Below are positions 27,084-34,703 of a stretch of DNA of 39,194 nucleotides, in pieces. Each line of letters opens with the position of its first letter. Position 1 is the stretch's first letter. Source of the DNA: a virus; the UHGV virus genome UHGV-0142770, one strand, 5' to 3'. The position numbers and the translations under genes are program-made. Below the pieces are notes generated by a model. The model saw only the letters and a program-made list of their open reading frames with translations, had not been told where the DNA came from and ran no database searches.

Positions 27084-27425
27084 TCACACTATTAATTTCG
27101 TTTCATGCCAGCCTTTAGTCACCCAGCATTGCGAGTCACCATTACACGGGCATGAATTTACAGGAACTCTCTCGCCGCACTTACCGCAACGTTTTCTGCT
27201 GATCGATTTTATACGCCCGTGCACGCGTGCATCATCCTGGCGGATCAGTAACGCTATATACTCACCAAATTCGTAAGGCGCACGCCCGGGGCGACGCGTG
27301 GCACAGTTACGCTCCAGCATTTCAATTTCCTGAGCATCAAGCACAATCTCCAGCTTACGCACACCAGATGCAGCTTGTCTGGCTCTCTGAGCGGCTTTGC
27401 GCTCTGCTGCTGATTTAGCCATCAA
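27084..27425 (-). CDS. Cys-rich small basic protein (hypothetical; candidate late-gene regulator by position)
   Basis: 113 aa; C-terminal Cys cluster RCGKCGERVPVNSCPCNGDSQCW; last gene before the late control region. No family recognised. Confidence 0.45.
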   Translation of the reverse strand: MMAKSAAERKAAQRARQAASGVRKLEIVLDAQEIEMLERNCATRRPGRAPYEFGEYIALLIRQDDARVHGRIKSISRKRCGKCGERVPVNSCPCNGDSQCWVTKGWHETKLIV

Positions 27426-27696
27426 TATTTACCTTTATCGCGAACACCTTTACCGGTTTATCACCGAAGTGCGGATGTGTGATTGTCTTGATTTCATATC
27501 CGTCATACGGAATATCAATTCTGCGGCTGGAATCGTCGCGCTTCGGATATCCCTTTGTGATAATCAGGCGGTCATACTTACGATTAACGAGGCGTTTATT
27601 CCAGTAGTCATTGCACAGGCGATACTCTTCCGTTTTCTCCCCGCGAATCATGGCATCGAAGTATTCACCTTTGACGGCAAGTTGCAGGTTAGCCAC
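27415..27696 (-). CDS. ASCH/DUF3850-like domain protein
   Basis: 93 aa; N-terminal LQLAVKGEYFDAMIRGEKTEEYR resembles the ASCH/DUF3850 beta-barrel motif common in lambdoid nin regions. Confidence 0.45.
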   Translation of the reverse strand: MANLQLAVKGEYFDAMIRGEKTEEYRLCNDYWNKRLVNRKYDRLIITKGYPKRDDSSRRIDIPYDGYEIKTITHPHFGDKPVKVFAIKVNIDG

Positions 27697-27973
27697 GACC
27701 TTCCTCCTTTGGCTTGTGAATTTGTATCGTCATGCCGCTTTGAGTGGTGACTACAATGACAGAACCTGGCTGAAGACTGTTAAGATTGAATGCTTCGTAA
27801 AACGAATCCAATGCCAGTGCTTTTTTATTCTTTCGGTTCCACCAACGCCATCCCTTGCTACAGGCTTCACTGACAATCCACTGTCCACTCCTGTAAGCCA
27901 TATAAAACCAGATGAGCAAAACCTGAAGGAATGCTATCCAGTCAATGATCGTATATTTCGCGAAGGAGTCCAT
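27689..27973 (-). CDS. Small membrane protein (hypothetical)
   Basis: Internal ATG 27973 with GGTGGTGA upstream; hydrophobic segment IIDWIAFLQVLLIWFYMAY. Confidence 0.4.
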   Translation of the reverse strand: MDSFAKYTIIDWIAFLQVLLIWFYMAYRSGQWIVSEACSKGWRWWNRKNKKALALDSFYEAFNLNSLQPGSVIVVTTQSGMTIQIHKPKEEGRG

Positions 27974-28181
27974 CACTTCACCACCTGCGCCGTTTTGATG
28001 ATTGCTGCCAGACAATTCTTGCAAGGAACAAGCAGCGTTCCCTGCTCAATGCTCAATAGCGCATGCTGAGCATCCTGAAAAAGCCATTCGAATGACCCTG
28101 GCCGATGACCGCACCATGTCTCAATCTCGTGCTTAGGGAGTTAAACTCCCTCTCGATAGTCATATTTGATGATGTGCTTGC

Positions 28182-28373
28182 TCACGACTTCACCTCCTGT
28201 TGAGCAGAAACCTGATTTTTGAGTGATTCAGAAATATTCCTGCAATACCTAGCGGATTCATCGTCGAAAATGCTTTCGAAATACTCAGCAATCCAGCCGA
28301 ACACAACAACCTGCTCATTGCTTGGATTTGCACTTTGATTGAAGGCGGTTATTAGTGATGCACTCATACTCAC
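28182..28373 (-). CDS. Small hypothetical protein
   Basis: 63 aa ORF coupled to the downstream gene; no motif recognised. Confidence 0.35.
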   Translation of the reverse strand: MSMSASLITAFNQSANPSNEQVVVFGWIAEYFESIFDDESARYCRNISESLKNQVSAQQEVKS

Positions 28374-28891
28374 TTCACCTCCTGCTGCGGTGCTGCTGGC
28401 AGTGGCATCCAGTGGGTAATACTACCTGGATATAAACTCTTTGCTGGCCCCCAGTAGCCATCTGTATTAACACGCATAACCTCACAGCCATCAAAACCAT
28501 CAGTTACAAGAACGTATTCATAAGGTTCCGGCATCCTTTCGCTTACCGGAATCCAACCATCCGGAGTTGCCGGAGAGTTGCCATTTATATCGAAGTTTGG
28601 CTCTGCGTCCTGAACCAGGAGGATGTAACCATTCTTGGCAGTATCAAGTTCTAACGCCTCGGTGACGGTACCGAAATAGCGATTACCTAAATCAGCATCA
28701 CAAGTGCTTACATCAATGGAAACTTCCATCCCTTCGATTAATTCTGGCAAGTTGTAAGTTTGGCTTACAGGCTCTGCTTCCAGTGATGCCAGTGCAATTC
28801 GTGCCAGTTCCATTTGTTCGCCACGAGTAAGTCCGTTATCAAGCGGATTTTTAATGAATAATTCGATACGTTCTTTGGTTATAGCGCTCAT
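28370..28891 (-). CDS. DUF551-like phage protein
   Basis: ATG 28891 with AAGGAGA upstream, abutting the upstream stop. C-terminal GWIPVSERMPEPYEYVLV...GSITHWMPLP is the DUF551 signature as I recall it. Confidence 0.6.
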   Translation of the reverse strand: MSAITKERIELFIKNPLDNGLTRGEQMELARIALASLEAEPVSQTYNLPELIEGMEVSIDVSTCDADLGNRYFGTVTEALELDTAKNGYILLVQDAEPNFDINGNSPATPDGWIPVSERMPEPYEYVLVTDGFDGCEVMRVNTDGYWGPAKSLYPGSITHWMPLPAAPQQEVK

Positions 28892-28892
28892 A

Positions 28893-29621
28893 TCACTCTC
28901 CTTTGATGCGAATGCCAGCGACGCGTGGCACATTAACTTCCACGATGCGCACAGTTGGTTTGTACATCTCAATCGCTGTCAGCCAGTCAGCGCCAGTCAT
29001 GCGCTTTTCTGCATCGCCATTAGTCCACTTAACCGGTACACCAATAGCCTTCATCGCGATTTCTATTTCCCCGGCAATGGCGCTTTTTCCGCAACCAGTA
29101 AAACCAGAAACAACGACAAGAACTTCGCCTTTGGCTGGTTTTATTTCCCGCGCTTCCAGTTCTGCTATGCGCTTCTCTGATGCTTCAAGTAACGCCTGCT
29201 TATCGCGTAGCGCTTCTTCCAGTTCAGCAACATGGCACTCACTATCAATAAGGTTGTTCTCTGCGGCTTCCAGCTCAACACGCAGCTTCCCTACCGTTAG
29301 CGCAATATCCTCGTTCTCCTGATCGCGGCGTTTGATGTATTGCTGGTTTCTTTCCCTTTCATCCAGTAGTGCCAGCACGGTGGCTGGATTGGCTGCGGCG
29401 ATGAATTCAGCATTGGCCTGCTGTTCCATTTGGAAATCTTCATAGAAACGGCTTTCTGGATGCGCTCCTTCAATTCTGCAAATAGGAATATATCCAGCAA
29501 CCTCGCGATGAATTAGTGCATCATCACCATCAAATCGTCCCTCTCCATATTCGAGCGACCACACACCACACGTTGCTTTCTCTGCCTTTTCACGCAGTGC
29601 CTGATAGTCAATCTTGCTCAC
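28893..29621 (-). CDS. ead/Ea22-like protein
   Basis: 242 aa with central coiled coil (LRVELEAAENNL...LEEALRDKQALLEASEKRIAELEAREIKPAKGE) typical of Ea22-like early-region proteins. Confidence 0.5.
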   Translation of the reverse strand: MSKIDYQALREKAEKATCGVWSLEYGEGRFDGDDALIHREVAGYIPICRIEGAHPESRFYEDFQMEQQANAEFIAAANPATVLALLDERERNQQYIKRRDQENEDIALTVGKLRVELEAAENNLIDSECHVAELEEALRDKQALLEASEKRIAELEAREIKPAKGEVLVVVSGFTGCGKSAIAGEIEIAMKAIGVPVKWTNGDAEKRMTGADWLTAIEMYKPTVRIVEVNVPRVAGIRIKGE

Positions 29622-29925
29622 TGGTTGCCTCCTTTGCTGGGCCTTCTAACTTCTGAGTGGTTGTATCAAACTCAAACAACTTAACCACGTCATCAAACAG
29701 GACATAATTGCCATCAGAATCTTCAGTCATGTCAGCGCCACAATCCTGACCGCACGAGTCACAACCATCCATATCAAGCTCGTATCGCTTCAGGTTTGCG
29801 ATATTTGATAAATTCAGCGCCAGTACAGCTAGGTCATAAACCTCGTCAGCGGTATATCCTGCACCATGTCCATACATTTCAATGCGGGATATGATTTCTT
29901 CTACCCGTTGTTTTGTGATTGTCAT
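29608..29925 (-). CDS. Hypothetical acidic protein
   Basis: 105 aa, coupled within the early-right operon. Confidence 0.4.
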   Translation of the reverse strand: MTITKQRVEEIISRIEMYGHGAGYTADEVYDLAVLALNLSNIANLKRYELDMDGCDSCGQDCGADMTEDSDGNYVLFDDVVKLFEFDTTTQKLEGPAKEATSEQD

Positions 29926-30620
29926 TTTTGCTCACCACTCTGTTCTTCCAGAAAAATACGCATAGCCTCAAGCATCTCTTCGGTGTCATACGGAGACAGC
30001 TTGTCACGCAGGATGTGTTCAATGCTGTTAATGAACTTGCGGATTGCTTTGCGTTCAATTTCAGCCAGGAAAGCGTCGGTGGCTGGGGTTTCGATATTAG
30101 GCAGAAGCGCATAATCGCAAATCGTATCGATCGCAGGATCACAACAGTCATCCTCGTTGCGTGGTCGTTCGCCAACCTTCGTTGACGATTGCATGATGAT
30201 TCCCCAGCAAATACTATCGACCTCTTCGCTCCATCCATCGCAAGCATCACCGCGATAGTCGTCGATTGCAGCCTCAGCCGATTCGATAGCTTCCTCAGCA
30301 GTTTTGTGCCATTCGAAATTATGCTCAGAGCCATATGAGAAATATGAATGTCCCGCCTTCAGCCCCGCATTCTCCGCCGCCAGCGCCGAAAACTTCTCGT
30401 GTGCCAACTTAACAGCCGAATCAGCCTGCTTAATTGACTCAATCGCTCTCTGGTGGTCTTCGGCCAGCGCATTAGCACGCACCAGTTGCACTTCCAGTTG
30501 CGTTGCCAAATCGCTGATCAGCTTTGCCACACTGCGCATATCAACGGCACCACATTCTGCTTTCAGTTCCGAAGCCATCTCATGCCCGGCGGCAACTAAC
30601 CCTTTGATATTACTTTCCAT
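29922..30620 (-). CDS. Hypothetical protein
   Basis: 232 aa, acidic, coupled; no motif recognised. Confidence 0.45.
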   Translation of the reverse strand: MESNIKGLVAAGHEMASELKAECGAVDMRSVAKLISDLATQLEVQLVRANALAEDHQRAIESIKQADSAVKLAHEKFSALAAENAGLKAGHSYFSYGSEHNFEWHKTAEEAIESAEAAIDDYRGDACDGWSEEVDSICWGIIMQSSTKVGERPRNEDDCCDPAIDTICDYALLPNIETPATDAFLAEIERKAIRKFINSIEHILRDKLSPYDTEEMLEAMRIFLEEQSGEQK

Positions 30621-30681
30621 CTTTACCCTCGCTTATCCACATAACTTATTGATTACATTGATAACTAAAAAGATCGTCGAT

Positions 30682-31026
30682 TCAGAACTCTTCGATGTTC
30701 CAGCCACCACCTGCTTTCTTTGGCTTAACCGTTACCCCGATGATTCGGAACGGATACTGATCTGCGGCGACTTTGGTTTTCACCCTGGCGTCGTCGGTCC
30801 AGAAACCTTTCACTTCGTGCAGTTCCATCTCGCCGGTGGCGAGCATCACAGCAAAATCGGGCGTATAGAACGTGTTGTCAGCTAACCGCAACTTGATACC
30901 CTCGAATCGATACCAGGCGATTTCCCCTGCACGTTTACGCTGCTCAAGGTGCTGGCAATACGCAGATTCTGTTTTGTTCATCTGGCCTGTTTTGAGTCGA
31001 CCAAGAGCCTGTATCTGTTTTCTCAT
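30682..31026 (-). CDS. PD-(D/E)XK-like small phage protein (DUF1064-like)
   Basis: 114 aa with YTPDF ... ELHEVK spacing compatible with a PD-(D/E)XK nuclease core. A perfect TTACC-N5-GGTAA site lies 4 nt upstream of its ATG. Confidence 0.45.
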   Translation of the reverse strand: MRKQIQALGRLKTGQMNKTESAYCQHLEQRKRAGEIAWYRFEGIKLRLADNTFYTPDFAVMLATGEMELHEVKGFWTDDARVKTKVAADQYPFRIIGVTVKPKKAGGGWNIEEF

Positions 31027-31029
31027 GAT

Positions 31030-31044
31030 TTACCTCTAAGGTAA
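31030..31044. promoter_or_regulatory. Candidate repressor operator TTACCTCTAAGGTAA abutting a -10-like TTTAAT (minus-strand promoter)
   Basis: Perfect palindrome. On the minus strand TTGATT-N17-TTTAAT immediately precedes it, the same layout as the promoter at 34187-34229. Confidence 0.5.
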
Positions 31045-31091
31045 TTAAAAACCACATAAGACACGAAATCAATAGAGTTTAGAATGTTTTG

Positions 31092-31106
31092 TTACCTGAT
31101 AGGTAA
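31092..31106. promoter_or_regulatory. Candidate repressor operator TTACCTGATAGGTAA
   Basis: Perfect palindrome 62 bp from the 31030 site, flanking the same promoter region downstream of the P-like gene. Confidence 0.5.
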
Positions 31107-31143
31107 TTATTGAGACGTAAAAAAATGCGCTATCGCGCTGGTA

Positions 31144-31944
31144 TTACTTGATAAATCCTGCCGCCTTTCCCCGCCTGTATTCCTCCATCAGCCACTGCGC
31201 CGGTGTTATTCCCCCAAGGGTGGCGGCGTTAGGCATGCACCCGAAACTTCGCCCTGGTGGATGGTAAACGTCTCTCCCTGTGTCCGGAGGCGTACTCATG
31301 GGCTCTGGCTTTGCCTGTATGCTGATCACCGGATCGGGTATCTGCTGTCCGGAAGCCACCTTTTTCGCCCAATCATCGAGCAGCCTGCGTGCGTGTTTCT
31401 CAACCTCAATCTCGCTAAGCTGGCGCTGATACATTGCACGGCGGGTATCACATACGACCCAGTACATAACCGGATGTCGCCACGGGAATCTTTCGGGACC
31501 ACCAGGATATAAACTTTTTTCCTTGCTGTACCGGTGAAACTCCGCCATCACATCGTCAATGGTGACGCCAAGAACCATCTTGCTGTCTTTGCACCACTTG
31601 ATAAATTGCCCTGGAGACGGCCAGAACGGAGATTCACTGGCGCGGGCGTGGCGCATACCAGCAGAAACCTGTTCACGGGTTCGGATCCCCCCTTCGGCAA
31701 ACGCAGCAATCCACTGCTGTTTTGCAGCAACTTCCTGCTCTGGCGTCTTCAGGTTGGTTACCACTGCCGCCGGAAACAGTTGTTTCAGCTGTTTAAAAAG
31801 GGCATCAACAAGCCTCTCTGCTGACATGTTCACCACATTGTCATTGTTGACGTACTGATGCTCATAACCTGACATGCGAGAAAGGGCTTCTCCGTCACGG
31901 TTTTGTATCGCGGTAAAAACGTTGTTCACAAGAAATCCTCCCAT
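31144..31944 (-). CDS. Replication protein P-like (helicase loader)
   Basis: 266 aa; QQWIAAFAEGGIRTREQVSAGMRHARASESPFWPSPGQFIKWC closely parallels lambda P (RRQWVLAFRENGITTMEQVNAGMRVARRQNRPFLPSPGQFVAWC). Directly follows the O-like gene. Confidence 0.8.
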   Translation of the reverse strand: MGGFLVNNVFTAIQNRDGEALSRMSGYEHQYVNNDNVVNMSAERLVDALFKQLKQLFPAAVVTNLKTPEQEVAAKQQWIAAFAEGGIRTREQVSAGMRHARASESPFWPSPGQFIKWCKDSKMVLGVTIDDVMAEFHRYSKEKSLYPGGPERFPWRHPVMYWVVCDTRRAMYQRQLSEIEVEKHARRLLDDWAKKVASGQQIPDPVISIQAKPEPMSTPPDTGRDVYHPPGRSFGCMPNAATLGGITPAQWLMEEYRRGKAAGFIK

Positions 31945-32759
31945 GCTTCAGGGCTGTTCCAGTGCGGAACGTTGTTATCAGGTAATGTTGATTGCTTCTG
32001 TCTGCTAATCTGCAGCCGCCTTGCCAGCTTCTGCTCCCACTGCGCCTGATGGTATGCCTTACCCTCAGCCATCCAGTAAATTCTGAACTCTGCAAGTTCC
32101 TGTGCCGTTGGCAGACTGTCCAGGTAGATCCCCTGCAATGAGCTTTTCCGAAGAAAGTCATCTGATGGTTGCCATTGTTCATGCATGACAAATTTGCCTA
32201 ATTGCCCTGGCCCACCAGGAGGAACAAAGTTATTCATCACGGCGTTGTTTGCGCCGGGGTCATGAGGCACAGAATCCCCGCTTTTTGTCCTGCTCTCCCT
32301 CTCTTGGTTAAATGACTGGTTATATGACTGGTTCTGGATCCCGTTTTTGGGATCATTCAACATCCCGTTTTTGGGATCATTCAACATCCCGTTTTTGGGT
32401 ATATTCCCGTTTTCGGTAACATTACCGTTTTCGGTAACATTACCGTTTTCGGGTTCATTACCCCCTTCCCGGTTGCCTTTAATGTTCCCGTTTTTGGTTA
32501 TATTAAGAGAGAAAACCCGCACTCTTTTCGTCGCTCCCTTTCTCTCTCCGGTATCTGAAATAAGCCCCATTTTCATGAGCGATATAAGCCCGGCCTGCAC
32601 GGTTTTTTTATTCAGACAAGTGTCTTTAACGAGGCGTTCTATGCTGGGGTAGCAGAGGTTATATTCATCGGCTCTGTCAGCCATCGAGAGCAGTATGAGC
32701 TTTAATGACGAGCTACCTGGATCTGTCTCCCAGGCCCAATCTGTTGCATGTCTGCTCAT
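31926..32759 (-). CDS. Replication initiator O-like protein with iteron-encoded repeat region
   Basis: 277 aa; N-terminal winged-helix-like region (LKLILLSMADRADEYNLCYPSIERLVKDT...); central NGNVTENGN... repeats are encoded by DNA iterons; followed by the P-like gene with overlap. Confidence 0.75.
   Translation of the reverse strand: MSRHATDWAWETDPGSSSLKLILLSMADRADEYNLCYPSIERLVKDTCLNKKTVQAGLISLMKMGLISDTGERKGATKRVRVFSLNITKNGNIKGNREGGNEPENGNVTENGNVTENGNIPKNGMLNDPKNGMLNDPKNGIQNQSYNQSFNQERESRTKSGDSVPHDPGANNAVMNNFVPPGGPGQLGKFVMHEQWQPSDDFLRKSSLQGIYLDSLPTAQELAEFRIYWMAEGKAYHQAQWEQKLARRLQISRQKQSTLPDNNVPHWNSPEAWEDFL
32338..32505. repeat. Replication origin iterons inside the O-like gene
   Basis: ATCCCGTTTTTGGGATCATTCAAC at 32338-32361 repeats exactly at 32362-32385 with a third partial copy; then CCCGTTTTCGGTAACATTA-type copies at 32406, 32425, 32443 and 32487. 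Seven CCGTTTT(T/C)GG cores with 18-24 bp period. Confidence 0.7.
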
Positions 32760-32774
32760 GATTAATCTCCGCTA

Positions 32775-32975
32775 TCAGCTTGAATGTTGTGGGGAGGAAT
32801 TAATCATGATCTGCTTAATCTCTGCCCTGATACGACGGTTTGATTCCATGGTGCACTCAACACAGTGTCCGTTGTAAACCCAGCGTTCACTGTCATGTCC
32901 GTGCTTACATGTTTTTCCGGTGTAGTAGCGTTTAAGTCCGCGCTTTGCGGCATCAATACGTGTAATGATTTCCAT
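32775..32975 (-). CDS. Small putative Zn-binding regulator at the cII-equivalent position
   Basis: ATG 32975; about 66 aa with C-x-H-G-H ... H-C-V-E-C spacing, between the Cro-like gene and the O-like gene. Confidence 0.4.
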   Translation of the reverse strand: MEIITRIDAAKRGLKRYYTGKTCKHGHDSERWVYNGHCVECTMESNRRIRAEIKQIMINSSPQHSS

Positions 32976-33080
32976 GGTAAGCCCTGTTATTAGTATTGGG
33001 ATTACGGTCATTTTGTGCTGACACAAAAAAAAGATCAACCAGATTTGGTTTTTTATTACCTTTGAGGTACGAATAGATAT

Positions 33081-33104
33081 GAAAAGACCGCCGGATGGCG
33101 GTCT
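33081..33104 (-). terminator. tR1-like intrinsic terminator between the cro-like gene and downstream early genes
   Basis: 8-bp stem AGACCGCC/GGCGGTCT with GGAT loop (33085-33104); on the minus strand followed by UUUUC (33084-33081). Confidence 0.6.
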
Positions 33105-33125
33105 ACAGAGGGTTGTTGCCAGATA

Positions 33126-33356
33126 TCATGAGTAGAAGAAGTATGCCAGTTCCGCTTTTGAGCGCAGCCATTGTCTTGTTTTACAGGCTTTAAAAAGCCC
33201 ATTCATCAATACCTTACCTGGCATTTTGCGCTTACCTGTTAAGTGAGTCTGGATATAGTGACTCGTCGTTCCGGCTTCCTGTGCGAAGGCTTCACGCTCA
33301 TCCGGAGTAAGTGCAAGCCAGTGCTTTTTGAAATCGAAATGTCCGTTATCGCTCAT
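33126..33356 (-). CDS. Cro/YdaS-like HTH regulator
   Basis: 76 aa, first gene of the rightward operon, divergent from the CI-like gene; HTH-like segment AFAQEAGTTSHYIQTHLTGKRK. Confidence 0.6.
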   Translation of the reverse strand: MSDNGHFDFKKHWLALTPDEREAFAQEAGTTSHYIQTHLTGKRKMPGKVLMNGLFKACKTRQWLRSKAELAYFFYS

Positions 33357-33388
33357 AGCTATTGCCTGATATTTATTTCAGATAATAA

Positions 33389-33417
33389 ATATTCACCCAT
33401 AAGGTAACAAAAATCAA
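33389..33417 (-). promoter_or_regulatory. Candidate pR-like promoter for the cro-like gene
   Basis: On the minus strand TTGATT (33417-33412), 17-bp spacer, GAATAT (33394-33389), about 30 nt upstream of cro ATG 33356. Confidence 0.35.
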
Positions 33418-33440
33418 GGATAGTTACCTATGAGGTGCAT

Positions 33441-33455
33441 TTACCTGTTGGGTAA
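33441..33455. promoter_or_regulatory. Candidate repressor operator TTACCTGTTGGGTAA in the cro/CI divergent region
   Basis: Perfect palindrome; an imperfect copy (TTACCTATGAGGTGC, 33424-33438) lies 2 bp away, giving tandem sites 17 bp centre-to-centre. Confidence 0.5.
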
Positions 33456-33510
33456 TATTGCTTTAAATTGAATCATCTACTGATTCATATATGAGGCGAT
33501 TTTCCAGAAA

Positions 33511-34095
33511 ATGAAAAGTATCCAGGACGTCCGCAGGCAAAATCTCAACGACTTGATCGACCGTGAATTCAATGGTGTTCAGACGCGGATGGCAGAAAAA
33601 CTTGGAACTCAGGCAAATCTGGTAAACCGCTGGGCTCTTGGCAAGAAGGTTATCGGCGACCAGGTTGCGCGAAAAATTGAAGCTGCCGCCAATAAACCCC
33701 GTAACTGGCTTGATATCGATCGCTCGCTTTCTCAGGAAGGTTTTCAGCCTGTCGGCCCAAGCGACATTGGTCAGCTGGCAGCTCACAACCTGGAACGCTG
33801 GATGAGTGAAAGCCGCGACCTTTCAACTCAGGGAAAACTTCACCGCGCATCCGGCGTCGCCCAGGTGACAATAAGCCGCCTGTTAAACAATGAGGTCAGC
33901 GTTTCCATTTCCACCCTGGAGAATGTTGCATCTGCATTCGGGCGTCACGGATATGAACTACTGATCCATCCGCATGACCCTGCAACTATCAACTATGACC
34001 GCTCGCGCTACGCATTGTTACCTGAAACAGAGAAGGCAAAGATCGAAAGTTACATTGAATTTGTCATCAACCAGAACGAAAAAAACAAACAATAA
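33511..34095 (+). CDS. CI-like repressor, non-cleavable type (XRE HTH, no S24 peptidase motifs)
   Basis: 194 aa; N-terminal HTH (VQTRMAEKLGTQANLVNRWALGKK) like lambdoid repressors; C-terminal half lacks the Ser/Lys autopeptidase signature; divergent from cro and followed by a terminator. Confidence 0.65.
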   Translation: MKSIQDVRRQNLNDLIDREFNGVQTRMAEKLGTQANLVNRWALGKKVIGDQVARKIEAAANKPRNWLDIDRSLSQEGFQPVGPSDIGQLAAHNLERWMSESRDLSTQGKLHRASGVAQVTISRLLNNEVSVSISTLENVASAFGRHGYELLIHPHDPATINYDRSRYALLPETEKAKIESYIEFVINQNEKNKQ

Positions 34096-34116
34096 AATCA
34101 TATTTTTCAGTAAGTA

Positions 34117-34140
34117 AGCCGCCTTATGGCGGCTTTTTTA
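34117..34140 (+). terminator. Intrinsic terminator after the CI-like gene
   Basis: Stem AGCCGCC/GGCGGCT with TTAT loop followed by TTTTTT. Confidence 0.7.
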
Positions 34141-34152
34141 TTGCCTATTCGA

Positions 34153-34167
34153 TTACCTAACAGGTAA
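34153..34167. promoter_or_regulatory. Candidate repressor operator TTACCTAACAGGTAA (OL-like, upstream of -35)
   Basis: Perfect palindrome 20 bp upstream of TTGACA at 34187-34192. Confidence 0.5.
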
Positions 34168-34186
34168 TTTTTTTAACTCATATCTA

Positions 34187-34229
34187 TTGACATCAAACCA
34201 GATACGCATAATTATTACCTCAACGGTAA
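34187..34229 (+). promoter_or_regulatory. pL-like early promoter with overlapping operator (TTGACA-N17-AATTAT then TTACCTCAACGGTAA)
   Basis: -35 TTGACA 34187-34192, 17-bp spacer, -10-like AATTAT 34210-34215, perfect operator at 34215-34229 spanning the predicted start site; drives the plus-strand operon. Confidence 0.5.
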
Positions 34230-34248
34230 CAGACCGAGGTAACAAGTT

Positions 34249-34401
34249 ATGCAGTGGAAAATCATCAACGGTTGGTACTGCGTTACTGCATGCGGATTCA
34301 TGAGCTGGAAGTTCCGCACCTTACAGGAAGGCATTAAGTGGGCTTTCGTCAGCAAAGAAGCTCGCGATGTGGCCAACGATAACGAGATATGGGAGGGCTG
34401 A
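34249..34401 (+). CDS. Small ORF, first in the early-left operon (hypothetical)
   Basis: 50 codons, ATG 34249 with GAGGT 8 nt upstream; stop overlaps the next start (TGATAATG). Below the ORF-track threshold, so tentative. Confidence 0.3.
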   Translation: MQWKIINGWYCVTACGFMSWKFRTLQEGIKWAFVSKEARDVANDNEIWEG

Positions 34402-34403
34402 TA

Positions 34404-34703
34404 ATGAACGTTAATCAGCAGAAAAATCTTCAAAAAATCATGCTGGCATTCGACAAGGACTACCGCCTGTCAGAACAGCTATATGACCGACAAGTTGAAC
34501 TGATTGAGAGTATCCGGCTTCATCAACTGGCATCAACTTTCGACGTTGTAACAGTTAAAGGCGTTCGCCAGGAAGTACTGGAGGCCGCTAAAGACAGCCC
34601 TGAGTTCGAAGAACTAATGGATGCCTACCGGCGCGAGGCAATGGCAATTATCGCCCGCTGGGATCTGGCTGATCAGATTGATGGGCAGAGGGACGCGGCA
34701 TGA
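34404..34703 (+). CDS. Hypothetical early protein
   Basis: ATG 34404 with GGAGGG upstream; 99 aa; stop overlaps the exonuclease start. Confidence 0.5.
   Translation: MNVNQQKNLQKIMLAFDKDYRLSEQLYDRQVELIESIRLHQLASTFDVVTVKGVRQEVLEAAKDSPEFEELMDAYRREAMAIIARWDLADQIDGQRDAA

Noticed and set aside
32338-32505. Possible CRISPR array or mobile-element terminal repeats
   Set aside because: The repeats are 18-24 bp with no unique spacers, lie inside the O-like coding sequence and match origin-iteron organisation. No CRISPR-like array or transposase was seen anywhere in the window.
33463-33871. Minus-strand ORFs 33463..33786 and 33650..33871 in the immunity region
   Set aside because: Antisense to the CI-like repressor gene, which has a clear HTH and terminator context; shadow ORFs.
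4558-34229. Alternative reading of TTACC-N5-GGTAA as mRNA hairpins sequestering ribosome-binding sites
   Set aside because: Several copies sit right before start codons and contain AGGT, but a 5-bp stem is weak and the motif is strictly palindromic and promoter-associated at 34187-34229 and 31030-31044, so a DNA operator fits better. Not fully excluded.
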